Positions 46,224 to 56,494 of a DNA stretch of 64,000 nt are shown here, in pieces. Below the pieces are notes generated by a model that was not told where the DNA came from, made no database searches, and worked only from the letters and a program-made list of their open reading frames with translations. The stretch covers positions 5,895 to 69,894 of the forward strand of contig JACPES010000005.1 of the NCBI GenBank assembly GCA_016183365.1, written 5' to 3'. The position numbers and the translations under genes are program-made. This stretch comes from Candidatus Collierbacteria bacterium. Lineage in GTDB: Bacteria > Patescibacteriota > Microgenomatia > UBA1400 > JACPES01. Numbering within the stretch: position 1 is the first letter of the stretch; each line of letters begins with the position of its first letter.

Positions 46224-46877
46224 TTAAGTCATAAACGCTTTCTCTCCGCACACTTTGCAATGTTTATGATCCACTTGCTTCAATCTCCATTCAAAATGCT
46301 CTATCGCCGGCAACACTTTCTCAATTCTGTCCACAATCGCAAAAACATCCAATTCTTTCTTATCAATATTAAGATTCTCTTTAATAGCCGATATAACCGG
46401 ATACCAAAACTCTCCGAATAAAACAAACGGCTTATGATGGCCATAATAAAGCTTGGCCAACACCCATGCCGTTCCCAATTCGCTGATAGTCCCGGTTCCG
46501 CCCTTAAAAATTATAAATAAGTCCGAATGCTCCAACAATTTAAACATCCTGGTAATGTAATTAGTAGTTTTAATCTCTTTATCCGTCACATTGCCTAAAT
46601 ATCTGCCTTCAAATCCGGGGGCGTCTTCGGGGTAAAAAGTTATCGAAATTGTTTCTCCGCCGGCTTCCTTGGCGCCTTTGGTAGAAGCGTCCATCACTCC
46701 CGGGCCGCCGCCGTTGACAATGGTAAAGCCGTTAGCCGCCAATATTTTGGCCGTTTCGAAGGCATCTTTATATATCCGACCATTTTCCGGCACGTCGGAG
46801 TCTCCGAAAAAAGCAATATTCTTGATTAAAGGACGCAAAGTATGCGGTTTCAGCGGCATAATAATTTTATTCAACAA
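46224..46877 (-). CDS. LOG/SLOG family nucleotide-binding protein
   Basis: NGGGPGVM, FKGGTGTISE. Confidence 0.85.
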   Translation of the reverse strand: MLNKIIMPLKPHTLRPLIKNIAFFGDSDVPENGRIYKDAFETAKILAANGFTIVNGGGPGVMDASTKGAKEAGGETISITFYPEDAPGFEGRYLGNVTDKEIKTTNYITRMFKLLEHSDLFIIFKGGTGTISELGTAWVLAKLYYGHHKPFVLFGEFWYPVISAIKENLNIDKKELDVFAIVDRIEKVLPAIEHFEWRLKQVDHKHCKVCGEKAFMT

Positions 46878-47520
46878 ATTTGTTTAATTCCTTAATCGCC
46901 AAGGCTATGTCTTTATGTTCCCACAACCAACTCCCGACTGCAAATTGGTCAGCCCCGGCTAATTTACTCATTTTAATATGGATCGGATCTTCGCCGCCGT
47001 CAATAATTAAATTGCCTTTATTCCCGAACATTGTTAATTCTTTGATTTTTTCTATGATACGGTGAATAAAATATTGACCTGAATATCCGGCTTTAACCGA
47101 CATTGCCAAAACGCCATCTCCGGTTGTCAATGCTGCCATTGCCCGTTTATCCAAAGAAGTTGCCGGAGTATAAACGTCTAAGGCTAAACCGGCGCTGCAA
47201 CCGACGCTATGCGCCTGCGATATAAAATCTTCTTGGTTGCTCATTCTCTCAATCTGCCCAATTATCCTCAAATTTTGAACTTTTTCCTTTAACTCGAGGC
47301 AATCTGCCAAAAAAACTATAGGGTCAACTGTCATTAAATGTATGTCCAAAGACAATTCCGCAAGATCTAACTCCAGCAAATCCCCAGGTTCCGAGGTAAT
47401 TTCATTTCCAAAAATTCCGTCGTAAATATCAATTTGAATCCGATCAACCAAGCCGGAAACTAAATTTATTTTTTTTTGAATTTCATCGATGGAGTTTTCT
47501 AGAATTGCCGGAATGATCAT
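46867..47520 (-). CDS. rpe: ribulose-phosphate 3-epimerase
   Basis: IIPAIL, QIDIYDG.F, DIHLM, MSV.AGYSGQ, IDGG. Confidence 0.85.
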   Translation of the reverse strand: MIIPAILENSIDEIQKKINLVSGLVDRIQIDIYDGIFGNEITSEPGDLLELDLAELSLDIHLMTVDPIVFLADCLELKEKVQNLRIIGQIERMSNQEDFISQAHSVGCSAGLALDVYTPATSLDKRAMAALTTGDGVLAMSVKAGYSGQYFIHRIIEKIKELTMFGNKGNLIIDGGEDPIHIKMSKLAGADQFAVGSWLWEHKDIALAIKELNKFVE

Positions 47521-47559
47521 GATAAAACAATGGCTAAAATGGTTAAATGGCTACAATGG

Positions 47560-48012
47560 CTAAAAGTGATTTGCTTCAATCTTACGAATTTCATCAAGCC
47601 GTCGTTCATATCGCTTCTCTTTCACGTATGGTGTCGCGAGAAACATCCCGACCAATTTTTTTGCGCCAGCGAACTTAATTTCATCCGACGGCAAAATCAA
47701 GACATTCATGTCGTCATCGTGCCGACCGGCGCGGACTTGATTTGCCGAAAAGCCGATTGCCGCTCTGATTCCATCAATTTTGTTTACCGCCGCCGACGCC
47801 CCCACCCCGGAACCGCACAATAAAATTCCCATTGACCCCGAAGTATTTGTTACCGCTTTCCCCAGTTTTTCCGCGACCAATGGGTAATCATCGTTTGGAT
47901 CGAAAACCACTGCTCCCATATCAACTACTTCATATCCCAAGTTAATCAACCAAAGTTTAAGCTCTTCTTTTAATTTAAATCCCCGATGATCCGCCCCAAT
48001 ATAAATTTTCAT
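47560..48012 (-). CDS. rpiB: ribose-5-phosphate isomerase B
   Basis: GADHRGF, DDYP, LCGSGVG, NKIDGIRA. Confidence 0.93.
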   Translation of the reverse strand: MKIYIGADHRGFKLKEELKLWLINLGYEVVDMGAVVFDPNDDYPLVAEKLGKAVTNTSGSMGILLCGSGVGASAAVNKIDGIRAAIGFSANQVRAGRHDDDMNVLILPSDEIKFAGAKKLVGMFLATPYVKEKRYERRLDEIRKIEANHF

Positions 48013-48045
48013 GCTTTTTGAGCCAATGTAACCATTTTTAGCCAT

Positions 48046-48408
48046 TCAGCTAAAGCCGAGTTCGGCTTTAGCTCTTTCGCTCATCATATCCTGATGCCAA
48101 GGGGGATCGAAGATCAATTCCAGTCTTAAATCCTTATATGGATCAAAACCCGGAATATCCGCCAATGCCTGTCTGATCATTGGTTGGAAAACGGCCGCCA
48201 GCGGACACCCCGGAGAGGTTAGGGTCATGGTGATAGCTATGAGTTGTTGGTTATTAGTTATTGGTTGATGATCGTTTTTTGTTTTTTGTTTTTTGTTTTT
48301 TGTTAATTTAATCTCGTATACCAGTCCCAAATCCACGATATTCATTCCCAGCTCCGGATCAATCACTTGCCGCAATCGACCTTCAATTAGTTTTTTGGTT
48401 ATTACCAT
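48046..48408 (-). CDS. sufT: DUF59/SufT Fe-S cluster assembly factor
   Basis: VIDPEL..NIVDLGLVY, MTLTSPGCP, FDPPW. Confidence 0.92.
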   Translation of the reverse strand: MVITKKLIEGRLRQVIDPELGMNIVDLGLVYEIKLTKNKKQKTKNDHQPITNNQQLIAITMTLTSPGCPLAAVFQPMIRQALADIPGFDPYKDLRLELIFDPPWHQDMMSERAKAELGFS

Positions 48409-48533
48409 AATTGTCTTAAGATTTTCTTAAGCTTTAGCTTTAATTTCAAATCACTCACGGTGAAATTACTTGCTCGATGCGATACGAATAACACGAATTA
48501 TCATCCGAATACCACGAATTTTCGACATTCGCA

Positions 48534-49277
48534 TCATTCGTATGTCATTTGCAGATTAGTATCGCTATCAACACATTCTAGCAACTTTTTGACTTTTTCC
48601 CAACTCACCTGTTCAAACTGTCGATAATAAATCCCTACCGTCCCCAAGTAGGGATCTTTATGAAGAATCACAACTTGATCCGCTACCTGTCGCAACATAT
48701 CCGCCGCTTCGGTTGAAGCCACCGGCAAACCAACGATTATTTGATAAGATCTAACCTTGCCGTACGGAAAGGTTAGATCTTTTTTGACTGATTTTTGGAT
48801 CCCTTTGAGCGCGGCCATCATCGAAATTCCCGTCGCCGCCCCGTCGTCAACTAAAACAATATTTCCCGATTTTGGCGGTCTGATGTTTTTGGTAATTCCG
48901 ATTTTTCTTATATATTCTGATATTTCAATCTTTTTGTCATCTATCTGCTGTTTTTGCCATTCTTTATCCAGCCGCCAGCGTCGCAATATCTCTTTATTCC
49001 ACCAAACTACAATATCCGGCCGCAAAGTTTGGGAAGTTTGCGAAACTTCCCATTTCGGAATCTCCGCCACCGCCCCGACAGCAAACTCCGGATTTCCCGG
49101 GGCGCCAACCTTTCTGACGATCAACGTTTCAAGCGGCGATTCCAAAATTCTGGCGACTTCAGCCGCCACCACGACTCCACCCCGAGCCAAGCCGAAAACT
49201 ATATCCGGACTAATTCCCCGCCGCTTTAACTCTTCCCCCAACAGTATGCCTGCCTGTGACCGCGAATCAAATACCAT
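48534..49277 (-). CDS. phosphoribosyltransferase family protein
   Basis: GLARGGV, RKVGAPGNPE, LVDDGAATG. Confidence 0.9.
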   Translation of the reverse strand: MVFDSRSQAGILLGEELKRRGISPDIVFGLARGGVVVAAEVARILESPLETLIVRKVGAPGNPEFAVGAVAEIPKWEVSQTSQTLRPDIVVWWNKEILRRWRLDKEWQKQQIDDKKIEISEYIRKIGITKNIRPPKSGNIVLVDDGAATGISMMAALKGIQKSVKKDLTFPYGKVRSYQIIVGLPVASTEAADMLRQVADQVVILHKDPYLGTVGIYYRQFEQVSWEKVKKLLECVDSDTNLQMTYE

Positions 49278-49296
49278 CAGGTATACTTTACTCTAA

Positions 49297-50136
49297 ATGA
49301 ACAGGGTTCCATTTTTTTCTGTTGTCGTTCCCACTCTCAATGAAGAAAAATACCTCCCAAAGCTTCTTCACTGTCTAGTAAACCAAATCGACAAGAACTT
49401 TGAGGTTATCGTGGTTGATGGCCAGTCAGAAGATAGAACCGTTGAAGTCGCCAAAAATTTTCTTCTCTCTATACTTCCCCTTGCTGTTCTTAACGCAACT
49501 AAGCGCAATGTAAGCTATCAGAGAAACTTGGGTTCCAAACATGCCAAAGGGAAATTTTTGGTTTTTCTTGATGCAGATACCCAAATACCATTTAATTTCC
49601 TTAGTCAAGTTCATCACTATCTCCTGGAAAATAGAAATTGTAACCTTCTTACTACCTGGATGAAGCCAGACTCGAAAAGTAAAGCCGATCAAGCATTGAT
49701 TGCTATCGCCAATACTCTTATTGAACTTGCCAAGACTGTCGATAAACCATTTATGGGGGGGTTCAATGTTGTTATCAAAAAATTAACCTTTAGGCAAGTC
49801 CATGGTTTTGACGAAAAGCTTAGGCTTGCCGAAGACCATGATTTGGCCCAGCGCCTTCTAAAGTCTAAGGTTATTCTCCATATTCTAAAAGAGCCAAAAG
49901 TGACTATATCTTTGAGAAGATTTCGTCGTGAAGGCACCCTCAGTCTTCTCCGCAAATACGCGATGGTGACTTCCAAACTTCTTTTCGAAGGCCCAATAAC
50001 CGATCAGCTTTTCGATTATCCCATGGGTGGCAAAGTCTCCCGGGGGAAAAATAAGACCATCAAACTCAAATTTAATCAGCGTTTAAATAAGCTCAAAAGG
50101 TACCTTAATCGAATAAACCTTTCTTTGGATTTCTAG
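49297..50136 (+). CDS. GT2 glycosyltransferase
   Basis: SVVVPTLNEE, VVDGQSED, FLDAD, AEDHD. Confidence 0.92.
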   Translation: MNRVPFFSVVVPTLNEEKYLPKLLHCLVNQIDKNFEVIVVDGQSEDRTVEVAKNFLLSILPLAVLNATKRNVSYQRNLGSKHAKGKFLVFLDADTQIPFNFLSQVHHYLLENRNCNLLTTWMKPDSKSKADQALIAIANTLIELAKTVDKPFMGGFNVVIKKLTFRQVHGFDEKLRLAEDHDLAQRLLKSKVILHILKEPKVTISLRRFRREGTLSLLRKYAMVTSKLLFEGPITDQLFDYPMGGKVSRGKNKTIKLKFNQRLNKLKRYLNRINLSLDF

Positions 50137-50234
50137 GTTGACCCATCAACTCTAAATTAGCCCACAGGAACATTCCGGCAGCCCAGGCAAAGCGGCAAAA
50201 AACCCGTCTCTGGCCCAATAATCAGATAAAATCC

Positions 50235-50705
50235 TCATTTAAACTCCCCCCGCAACACCACTGTTTCGCCGCGCAAGACTTCGACGGTTTTATAAACCAT
50301 GGGATCCATGGAAACCGTTTTCTCCAACAACCACCCGGCTTTAGCGATAGTCAGCTGCCCCAGTTGAATGGTGTCACCGTTACCACTCAACCTGGCTGTG
50401 TATTTTTCTTTTTCGGTCAAATTCGGCAGGTTGGCCAGAATCGTTACCAGCCTGCGGTCGTCGCGGGTGGCCAAACCGGAAGCTGCCGAACCGTCAACCG
50501 GATTCAGCGCCGTTTTCTGGACGTCTTCCGGGATCGTCACCCCAAACTGTTTTTGAATTTGACTCACCCGATCCTCAATTTCCACTCCTTCGCCCCCTCC
50601 GGCCGCTTCTTTACCCACCCCTTCCGGCTTGCCTTTATGAAAACACCCCGCCAAAACTAAACCTGCGGTCAGGACCAATAGAATTTTTGATTTCATTGTT
50701 ATCAC
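50235..50705 (-). CDS. lipoprotein, unknown function
   Basis: Lipobox LAGC. Confidence 0.75.
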   Translation of the reverse strand: MITMKSKILLVLTAGLVLAGCFHKGKPEGVGKEAAGGGEGVEIEDRVSQIQKQFGVTIPEDVQKTALNPVDGSAASGLATRDDRRLVTILANLPNLTEKEKYTARLSGNGDTIQLGQLTIAKAGWLLEKTVSMDPMVYKTVEVLRGETVVLRGEFK

Positions 50706-50723
50706 CTCCTTTGGGCAGGAGGA

Positions 50724-51365
50724 TCACTGTGGCTTAGATAATACTTCTTCTACAGCTAATTTCAATCCACTTGCCGAAACCTTCTTCCCATTCACAAAAA
50801 ACGTCGGGGTGGCGTTAATCCCCAATTGATTCCCAAAGCTCATGTCAGCCAGAATCAGGTCTTTTTTTAATTGCTTGGATATTTCGCTTTTGAACTTATC
50901 TAAATCCGGGACCCCCGATTCTCTAGCCAAATTGATAAATAAATCTTGCGGGCTTCCCAGTTGTTCCCAAGTGTTTTGATTATCAAATAAAACCCTGGAG
51001 TATTCCCAAAATTTTCCTTGGCTATCCGCCGCCTCCGACGCTATAGAAGCCGCTAGAGCGTTTTTATGAATAGATGTCAAAGGAAAATGCCTATAAATAA
51101 ACCTTATTTTCCCTTCGTGCTTTACCATCAATTCATCAAGAGTTAAAGCTGCCAAGCGGCAGGCCGGACACTGGAAGTCAGAAAATTCAACCACGGTCAC
51201 CGGAGCGTTTTCTTCGCCAAGAACATGAGTGGCTCCCAAAACCAATTTTTGAGAGTCAATAGCGGCTGAAGAATTATTGACGGGTTTAGATAAAAAAAGA
51301 GAGGCTCCAATTATAATTAGAACGGTTCCGCCTATCATAGAGATTATGATTTTCCAGTTAATCAT
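50724..51365 (-). CDS. DsbA-like thioredoxin-fold protein
   Basis: EFSDFQCPAC, RHFPL, ATPTF. Confidence 0.92.
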   Translation of the reverse strand: MINWKIIISMIGGTVLIIIGASLFLSKPVNNSSAAIDSQKLVLGATHVLGEENAPVTVVEFSDFQCPACRLAALTLDELMVKHEGKIRFIYRHFPLTSIHKNALAASIASEAADSQGKFWEYSRVLFDNQNTWEQLGSPQDLFINLARESGVPDLDKFKSEISKQLKKDLILADMSFGNQLGINATPTFFVNGKKVSASGLKLAVEEVLSKPQ

Positions 51366-51466
51366 TTGGTTGCAAATTTATTAATTATTAAATTGTTATA
51401 TTGCTAAATTTGTTCCGGTACAATCAGCAATTTAACAATCTAGCAATGTAGCAATGTAGCAATTTT

Positions 51467-51691
51467 TCATAGTGGCCAAATTTTCTTGCCGCTTTCATCA
51501 TAAACTTCAATCGCTGCCGTCGGACAGCTCTGGGCGGCCAATAAAATGGCATCGTCCGCATCCTTATCCCCGGTTGATTTGATAACCACCGCTTTGTTTT
51601 GGCTATCCAATTTAAATGTTTTTGGGGCTACGGCCACACAACTGGCGGCGCCGATGCATTTGTCACGCAAAACTTTGACAGAATAAGACAT
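51467..51691 (-). CDS. ferredoxin
   Basis: CIGAASCV...SCPTAAI. Confidence 0.9.
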   Translation of the reverse strand: MSYSVKVLRDKCIGAASCVAVAPKTFKLDSQNKAVVIKSTGDKDADDAILLAAQSCPTAAIEVYDESGKKIWPL

Positions 51692-51727
51692 ATAATTGTT
51701 ATAACCTTTATAACTGATAGAGATTAA

Positions 51728-52513
51728 TTAAAAAAACTTTTCCGTGTGAATATGTTCTTTGTTTATACCAACTTCGGCAAGTTTTGTCGATAGCTCTTCA
51801 ATCATGAATTTATTCCCGCAGAGATAGAAACACATTGTTGATTGTTGATTGTCCCGGCTTTGCCGAGGATCCCGCTTCGCCCTGTACCAGACGGTACGGG
51901 GCTTCGCGGGATTGATTGTTGATTGTTTTGTATATTCGATTAGATGTTGAGTCACGTGCCCGAAGTGGAGAGGCCAATTTTTCGGCGGACGGGACAGTAT
52001 CAAGTCCCACTTGAAATTCTGATATTCTTTTTCCAGATTATCGAAGTCTTCAACCCAGAAACAGTCCTCCTGCCGCCTCATCCCCCACCAGAGACGAATC
52101 GGCCCTTGATGTTTTTTGGTTATGAGCAGGTCAAGAATCATTGATCTTATTGGCGAAATTCCGGAACCGGTGGCGACAAAAAGCAATTGGTGATTAACGC
52201 AAGCGTCCTGGACAACGAAATTGCCGAAGGGGGCGACAAATTTCACTTGCTCTCCCGGTTTTAAGTTTTTAAGATATTGGGATCCTGATCCTTGAGGCTT
52301 GACGTCAACCAGTAACTCAACCGCGTGACTCATCTCCGGCCGGGAAGCGATGGAATAGTTGCGGCGAATACCCTTGGCGGCTTCAACAGTTAAAATCAGA
52401 TACTGGCCGGCCTGAAATTCGATTTTGTCGGGATTCACTAACTCCAGATGAAGATACTGGAAAGAACCGGCGATAAGTTGATGTTCGGAAACACGAGCGG
52501 TGAATGATTGCAT
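51728..52513 (-). CDS. FAD/NAD(P)-binding ferredoxin reductase-type oxidoreductase
   Basis: RNYSIAS, ATGSGISP, YLCG, terminal EKFF. Confidence 0.9.
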   Translation of the reverse strand: MQSFTARVSEHQLIAGSFQYLHLELVNPDKIEFQAGQYLILTVEAAKGIRRNYSIASRPEMSHAVELLVDVKPQGSGSQYLKNLKPGEQVKFVAPFGNFVVQDACVNHQLLFVATGSGISPIRSMILDLLITKKHQGPIRLWWGMRRQEDCFWVEDFDNLEKEYQNFKWDLILSRPPKNWPLHFGHVTQHLIEYTKQSTINPAKPRTVWYRAKRDPRQSRDNQQSTMCFYLCGNKFMIEELSTKLAEVGINKEHIHTEKFF

Positions 52514-52515
52514 TG

Positions 52516-52911
52516 TTATATTGCTACATTGCGAATCGCTTTTTGCAAAGCAACAAGCGGTAGGATAGCACATTTAATTCTAGCATGAGAGATGTCGCCG
52601 CCAAGCAACTCGACCATGCCAGCTTGACTTATTTGACTAATTTGGCTAATGCGCCGAATTTGCTTGACCCTTTCCGACAGGAGCGACGCTCCGGCAGTGC
52701 TTATGGCGCACCCTACTCCTCTCCAGGCAATTTCGCCAATCTCTGTTCTCTGTTCTCTGTTCGCTGATCTCTTTACTCTAACCTGAAACTCAATCAAGTC
52801 TCCGCAGCTGGCGTTGGCTTCTTGGACGACAGCATCGGGATTTTTTAACTCACCGAAGTTGCGGGGGTGTTGATAGTGGTCGATGATGAGATCGTGATAG
52901 ATGTTGGACAT
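52516..52911 (-). CDS. sufU: SufU/IscU Fe-S scaffold
   Basis: HPRNFG, NASCGD, GCAIS, RIKCA. Confidence 0.92.
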   Translation of the reverse strand: MSNIYHDLIIDHYQHPRNFGELKNPDAVVQEANASCGDLIEFQVRVKRSANREQRTEIGEIAWRGVGCAISTAGASLLSERVKQIRRISQISQISQAGMVELLGGDISHARIKCAILPLVALQKAIRNVAI

Positions 52912-52986
52912 TGTTAGATTGTTAGATTGTTAGATTGTTTTTGTTAACAATCCAGCAATTTAGCAATGTAGCAATTTTACTCGACA

Positions 52987-54366
52987 TTAACCGAATATTT
53001 TCGGTATTAAATTTAAAGCTTTGATAAATCGGTTGATATCCTCTTTCGTATTGTAAATCCCAAAACTTACTCTGGTGGTTGCCGCTAAGCCCAATTTAGC
53101 GTGCAGCGGCATGACGCAGTGGTGGCCGGAGCGGACGGCGATACCTTGGCTATCTAAAACCTGGGCCACATCATGGCCATGGATTTCTTTGCTGTTAGCG
53201 CTCAAGGTAAATGCAACTAGTCCACTTCTGTCTTGCGCATTTTTTGGGCCAAGAATGTTTATTAATAACCCGTCATTCCGAGCAAGGAGTCTGCGACGAG
53301 CCGACCCGCCCGCCTCGCTACGCGAAGCGTTGCGGGCAGGGGAATCTAGCGAAGCGATCAAATGTCTGGTCAATTCTATCTCGTGTTTTCTGATATTTTC
53401 CATTCCGATTCCCTGCAAATATTTGACTGCTGCCGCCAGTCCTACAGCGCCGGCGACGTTGGGGGTGCCGGCTTCAAATTTATCGGGTAAACCGGTAAAG
53501 GTCGTTTCCTGCCAATCTACGGTATTTATCATCCCGCCGCCGGTTAAAAACGGCGGCATGTTCTTCAGAATTTCTCTTTTTCCCCAAAGACACCCGATCC
53601 CCATCGGGCCATACATTTTATGCCCGGAAAAAGCGTAAAAATCGCAGCCCAAGTCTTTGACGTTGACCGGCGTGTGGGGAACGGCCTGGGCCCCGTCGAC
53701 TAGCAATAAGGGGTAAGAGCTAAGGGATAAGGGTTGAAGGAAACGCTTGTTTTTTGTCCCGCGGAGCGGGATCCTGCTTTGCAGGATTTTTTGTTTTTTG
53801 ATCATTTCCGCAATTTTTTTAATCGGATTTATCGTTCCCAAAAAATTGCTGACGTGGACGACGGAAACGAGTTTAGTTCGAGGAGAAAGTTTACGCTTCA
53901 AATCCAAAATATCCAGCTTGCCGTTTTTATCTACTTTAATATATTGAAGCGTGGCTTTTTGCCGCTCGGCAAGCATTTGCCAGGGAACTAAATTGCTGTG
54001 ATGTTCCATTTCTGAAATCAGAATTTCGTCTCCGGCGTTGACGTTCTGCCTACCCCAAGAGTAAGCGACCAAATTAATGGCTTCGGTGGAGTTGCGGACA
54101 AAAATTAATTCATTAGGATCTTTGGCGCCGATGAAACCGGAGACGGTTTTTCTGGATTCTTCATATAATCTGGTTGACTCATCACCTAAAGTATGAATGC
54201 CGCGGTGAACATTGGCGTTGTGATTCCAGTAATAATCGACCACCGCGTCAATCACTTCTTGAGGCTTTTGGGAAGTGGCGGCACTATCCAAATAGACTAA
54301 CGGTTGACCATTTATTTGACGATTAAAAATCGGAAAATCTTTTTTTATTAAATTTATGAACTTCAT
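52987..54366 (-). CDS. sufS: cysteine desulfurase SufS
   Basis: YLDSAATSQKP, DGAQ, FSGHKM, RSGHHC. Confidence 0.95.
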   Translation of the reverse strand: MKFINLIKKDFPIFNRQINGQPLVYLDSAATSQKPQEVIDAVVDYYWNHNANVHRGIHTLGDESTRLYEESRKTVSGFIGAKDPNELIFVRNSTEAINLVAYSWGRQNVNAGDEILISEMEHHSNLVPWQMLAERQKATLQYIKVDKNGKLDILDLKRKLSPRTKLVSVVHVSNFLGTINPIKKIAEMIKKQKILQSRIPLRGTKNKRFLQPLSLSSYPLLLVDGAQAVPHTPVNVKDLGCDFYAFSGHKMYGPMGIGCLWGKREILKNMPPFLTGGGMINTVDWQETTFTGLPDKFEAGTPNVAGAVGLAAAVKYLQGIGMENIRKHEIELTRHLIASLDSPARNASRSEAGGSARRRLLARNDGLLINILGPKNAQDRSGLVAFTLSANSKEIHGHDVAQVLDSQGIAVRSGHHCVMPLHAKLGLAATTRVSFGIYNTKEDINRFIKALNLIPKIFG

Positions 54367-54426
54367 TTTGACTAATATATTTTGTTAACCAATGAGATAC
54401 AAACGTATTTTACTCTTCACCATCAT

Positions 54427-54460
54427 AAAAACTTCAATTATTTAAATAATTGAAGTTTTT
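54427..54460. repeat. perfect 34-bp AT-rich palindrome; 22 bp repeated at 1174-1195
   Basis: AAAAACTTCAATTATTT|AAATAATTGAAGTTTTT. Confidence 0.85.
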
Positions 54461-54475
54461 TAGTAAATTAATAAA

Positions 54476-54928
54476 TTATTTTACTAAAAAGCCCTCTGCT
54501 ATCATATCTTTTGCCTGCTTCAATTTTATCCCCCGGTTTTGCAGATAAAAGATTTCTTCCTCGTCTATTTTGCCAACTGTAGCGGCATGAGAACATTTAA
54601 CTTCGTCTGTTTCAATTTCTAAATTTGGAACCGCTTCGGCTTTGGCGTTTTCCGATACCAACAATATTCTTTCTTCCAAAAAAGCCTCTGTTCCCTTCGC
54701 TTCCGGCAAAACTTTTATTGTCCCAAAAACAGAAGTTCTGGCCGAGCCATCAACAACACCTTTAATATTGGTTCTAGAACTGGTGTTGGGAGCAGCATGG
54801 ATTATTTCGATATCCCAACGACCGACTTCTTTTCCCTTGAGCTTAAAACGACCGACAACCTCCAACTCTTGGCCTTCTTGGTCAAGGACGAAGCGATAAC
54901 TGCCGGGTTTGTTGATGATCTGCTTCAT
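54476..54928 (-). CDS. sufD: short SufD-family protein
   Basis: PNLEIETDEVKCSHAATVG..DEEEIFYL..RGI; AAAGGAA RBS before ATG at 54928. Confidence 0.88.
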   Translation of the reverse strand: MKQIINKPGSYRFVLDQEGQELEVVGRFKLKGKEVGRWDIEIIHAAPNTSSRTNIKGVVDGSARTSVFGTIKVLPEAKGTEAFLEERILLVSENAKAEAVPNLEIETDEVKCSHAATVGKIDEEEIFYLQNRGIKLKQAKDMIAEGFLVK

Positions 54929-55059
54929 AATTCCTTTCATTTTGCTGACGGGCCCTGATTTTTCGATGAGAAAAATCAGCAGGCACGCCAGCACCCCGTA
55001 CCGACGCTCTTCGCGAGCGTGGACGTAGACCACGGCGCGAAGTAAGTCTGGCACTGGGG

Positions 55060-56493
55060 CTACCCAACGCTTCCACTTATCTCTAAATCTATTAATCTGT
55101 TCATTTCAACGGCATATTCCAGCGGCAGTTTTTTGACCAACGGATCGACGAATCCCTGAACGATCATTTTGCCGGCTTCATTTTCAGGAATTCCTCTGTT
55201 CATTAAATAAAACAGCTGCTCTTCTCCGATTCTGGAGACGCTGGCTTCGTGTTCCAGAGTAACATCGGAATTAAAAATTTTATTGGTGGGATAAGTGTCG
55301 GAACGGCTTAACGGATCAAGAATCAAGGCGTCGCAGACCACTTTACTTTTAGAGTGATGAGCATTTGGCCCGATATTCACCATCCCCCGATAGCTCGTCC
55401 GTCCGCCACCGCGGCTGATTGACTTGCTGATAATAGCACTCGATGTATACGGCGCTAAATGAATGGCTTTACTACCTGTATCCAATTGTTGACCGGGACC
55501 GGCCATGGCCATTGATAATGTTTCTCCGACAGCTCCCTTTCCGGCTAAAATGAATCCCGGATATTTCATCGTCGCCTTACTTCCCATATTAAAATCTGTC
55601 CAAATCATCCGGCCTTCTTCTTCTACCCAGGCACGCTTTGTCACCAAGTTGTAGACATTTCGGTACCAGTTTTGAACCGTCGTATATTGAATGGTTGCGC
55701 CTTTTTTGACAAAGATTTCTACTACTGCCGAGTGTAGTGATCCGTCGGAAAACGCCGGGGCCGTACAGCCTTCAATGTAGTGAACTTTTGCCCCTTCATC
55801 GGCAATAATTAAGGTCCTTTCAAACTGTCCGGCGTTGGGAGAATTAATTCTAAAATACGCTTGAAGGGGCAAACCAACGTCGACATTTTTGGGGACGTAA
55901 ACGAAAGAACCGCCGCTCCAGACGGCTGTGTTGAGGGCGGCAAATTTATTGTCGCCAACCGGAATAAGAGAAGCAAAATATTCTCTGATCAAATCGGGAT
56001 ATTGTTTTAATCCGTCGTCCATTCCCAAAAAGACAACGCCTTTGTCGGCCAACATTTTCTTGATTGATCCATACACTACGGTGCTGTCGAACTGGGTTTT
56101 AACTCCGGCTAGAGCTTTCCGTTCCGCTTCGGGAATGCCCAAACGCTCGAATGTTTGTTTGATCTCGGTCGGGACCTCATCCCATGTCCTGCTTTCTCCG
56201 GCGGTGGGCTTAAGATAATAGTGAAGATTGTCAAAATCGATAGCGGATAAGTCGGCGCCCCAGGCCGGCATTGGCCTTGAATCAAAAATCTTAAGACCTT
56301 CCAAACGCATTTGGCGCATCCAGTCGGGTTCAAATTTTCGCGAGCTGATGTCTTCAACTACTCGGCTTGACAATCCTTTTCCGGATTTATAGGCATATTT
56401 ATCCGTCGGAGTATGGAAACCGTAACGATAGTTGTCGTCGGTTAAACCTTTAATTTCTGGTCGTGGTGGTTGGATGGGGGCGAAGCGAGACAC
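55060..56493 (-). CDS. sufB: Fe-S cluster assembly protein SufB
   Basis: AVWSGGSF, GQFERTLI, EGCTAP, HEASVS, PLEYAVE. Confidence 0.96.
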   Translation of the reverse strand: MSRFAPIQPPRPEIKGLTDDNYRYGFHTPTDKYAYKSGKGLSSRVVEDISSRKFEPDWMRQMRLEGLKIFDSRPMPAWGADLSAIDFDNLHYYLKPTAGESRTWDEVPTEIKQTFERLGIPEAERKALAGVKTQFDSTVVYGSIKKMLADKGVVFLGMDDGLKQYPDLIREYFASLIPVGDNKFAALNTAVWSGGSFVYVPKNVDVGLPLQAYFRINSPNAGQFERTLIIADEGAKVHYIEGCTAPAFSDGSLHSAVVEIFVKKGATIQYTTVQNWYRNVYNLVTKRAWVEEEGRMIWTDFNMGSKATMKYPGFILAGKGAVGETLSMAMAGPGQQLDTGSKAIHLAPYTSSAIISKSISRGGGRTSYRGMVNIGPNAHHSKSKVVCDALILDPLSRSDTYPTNKIFNSDVTLEHEASVSRIGEEQLFYLMNRGIPENEAGKMIVQGFVDPLVKKLPLEYAVEMNRLIDLEISGSVG

Positions 56494-56494
56494 G

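Noticed and set aside
54427-54460. dif site
   Set aside because: Lacks the XerD arm (TTATGTTAAA-like) and the 11-6-11 layout.
54929-55076. N-terminal extension of SufD and ORF 54882-55076
   Set aside because: The region is a non-coding dispersed element; an RBS precedes the ATG at 54928.
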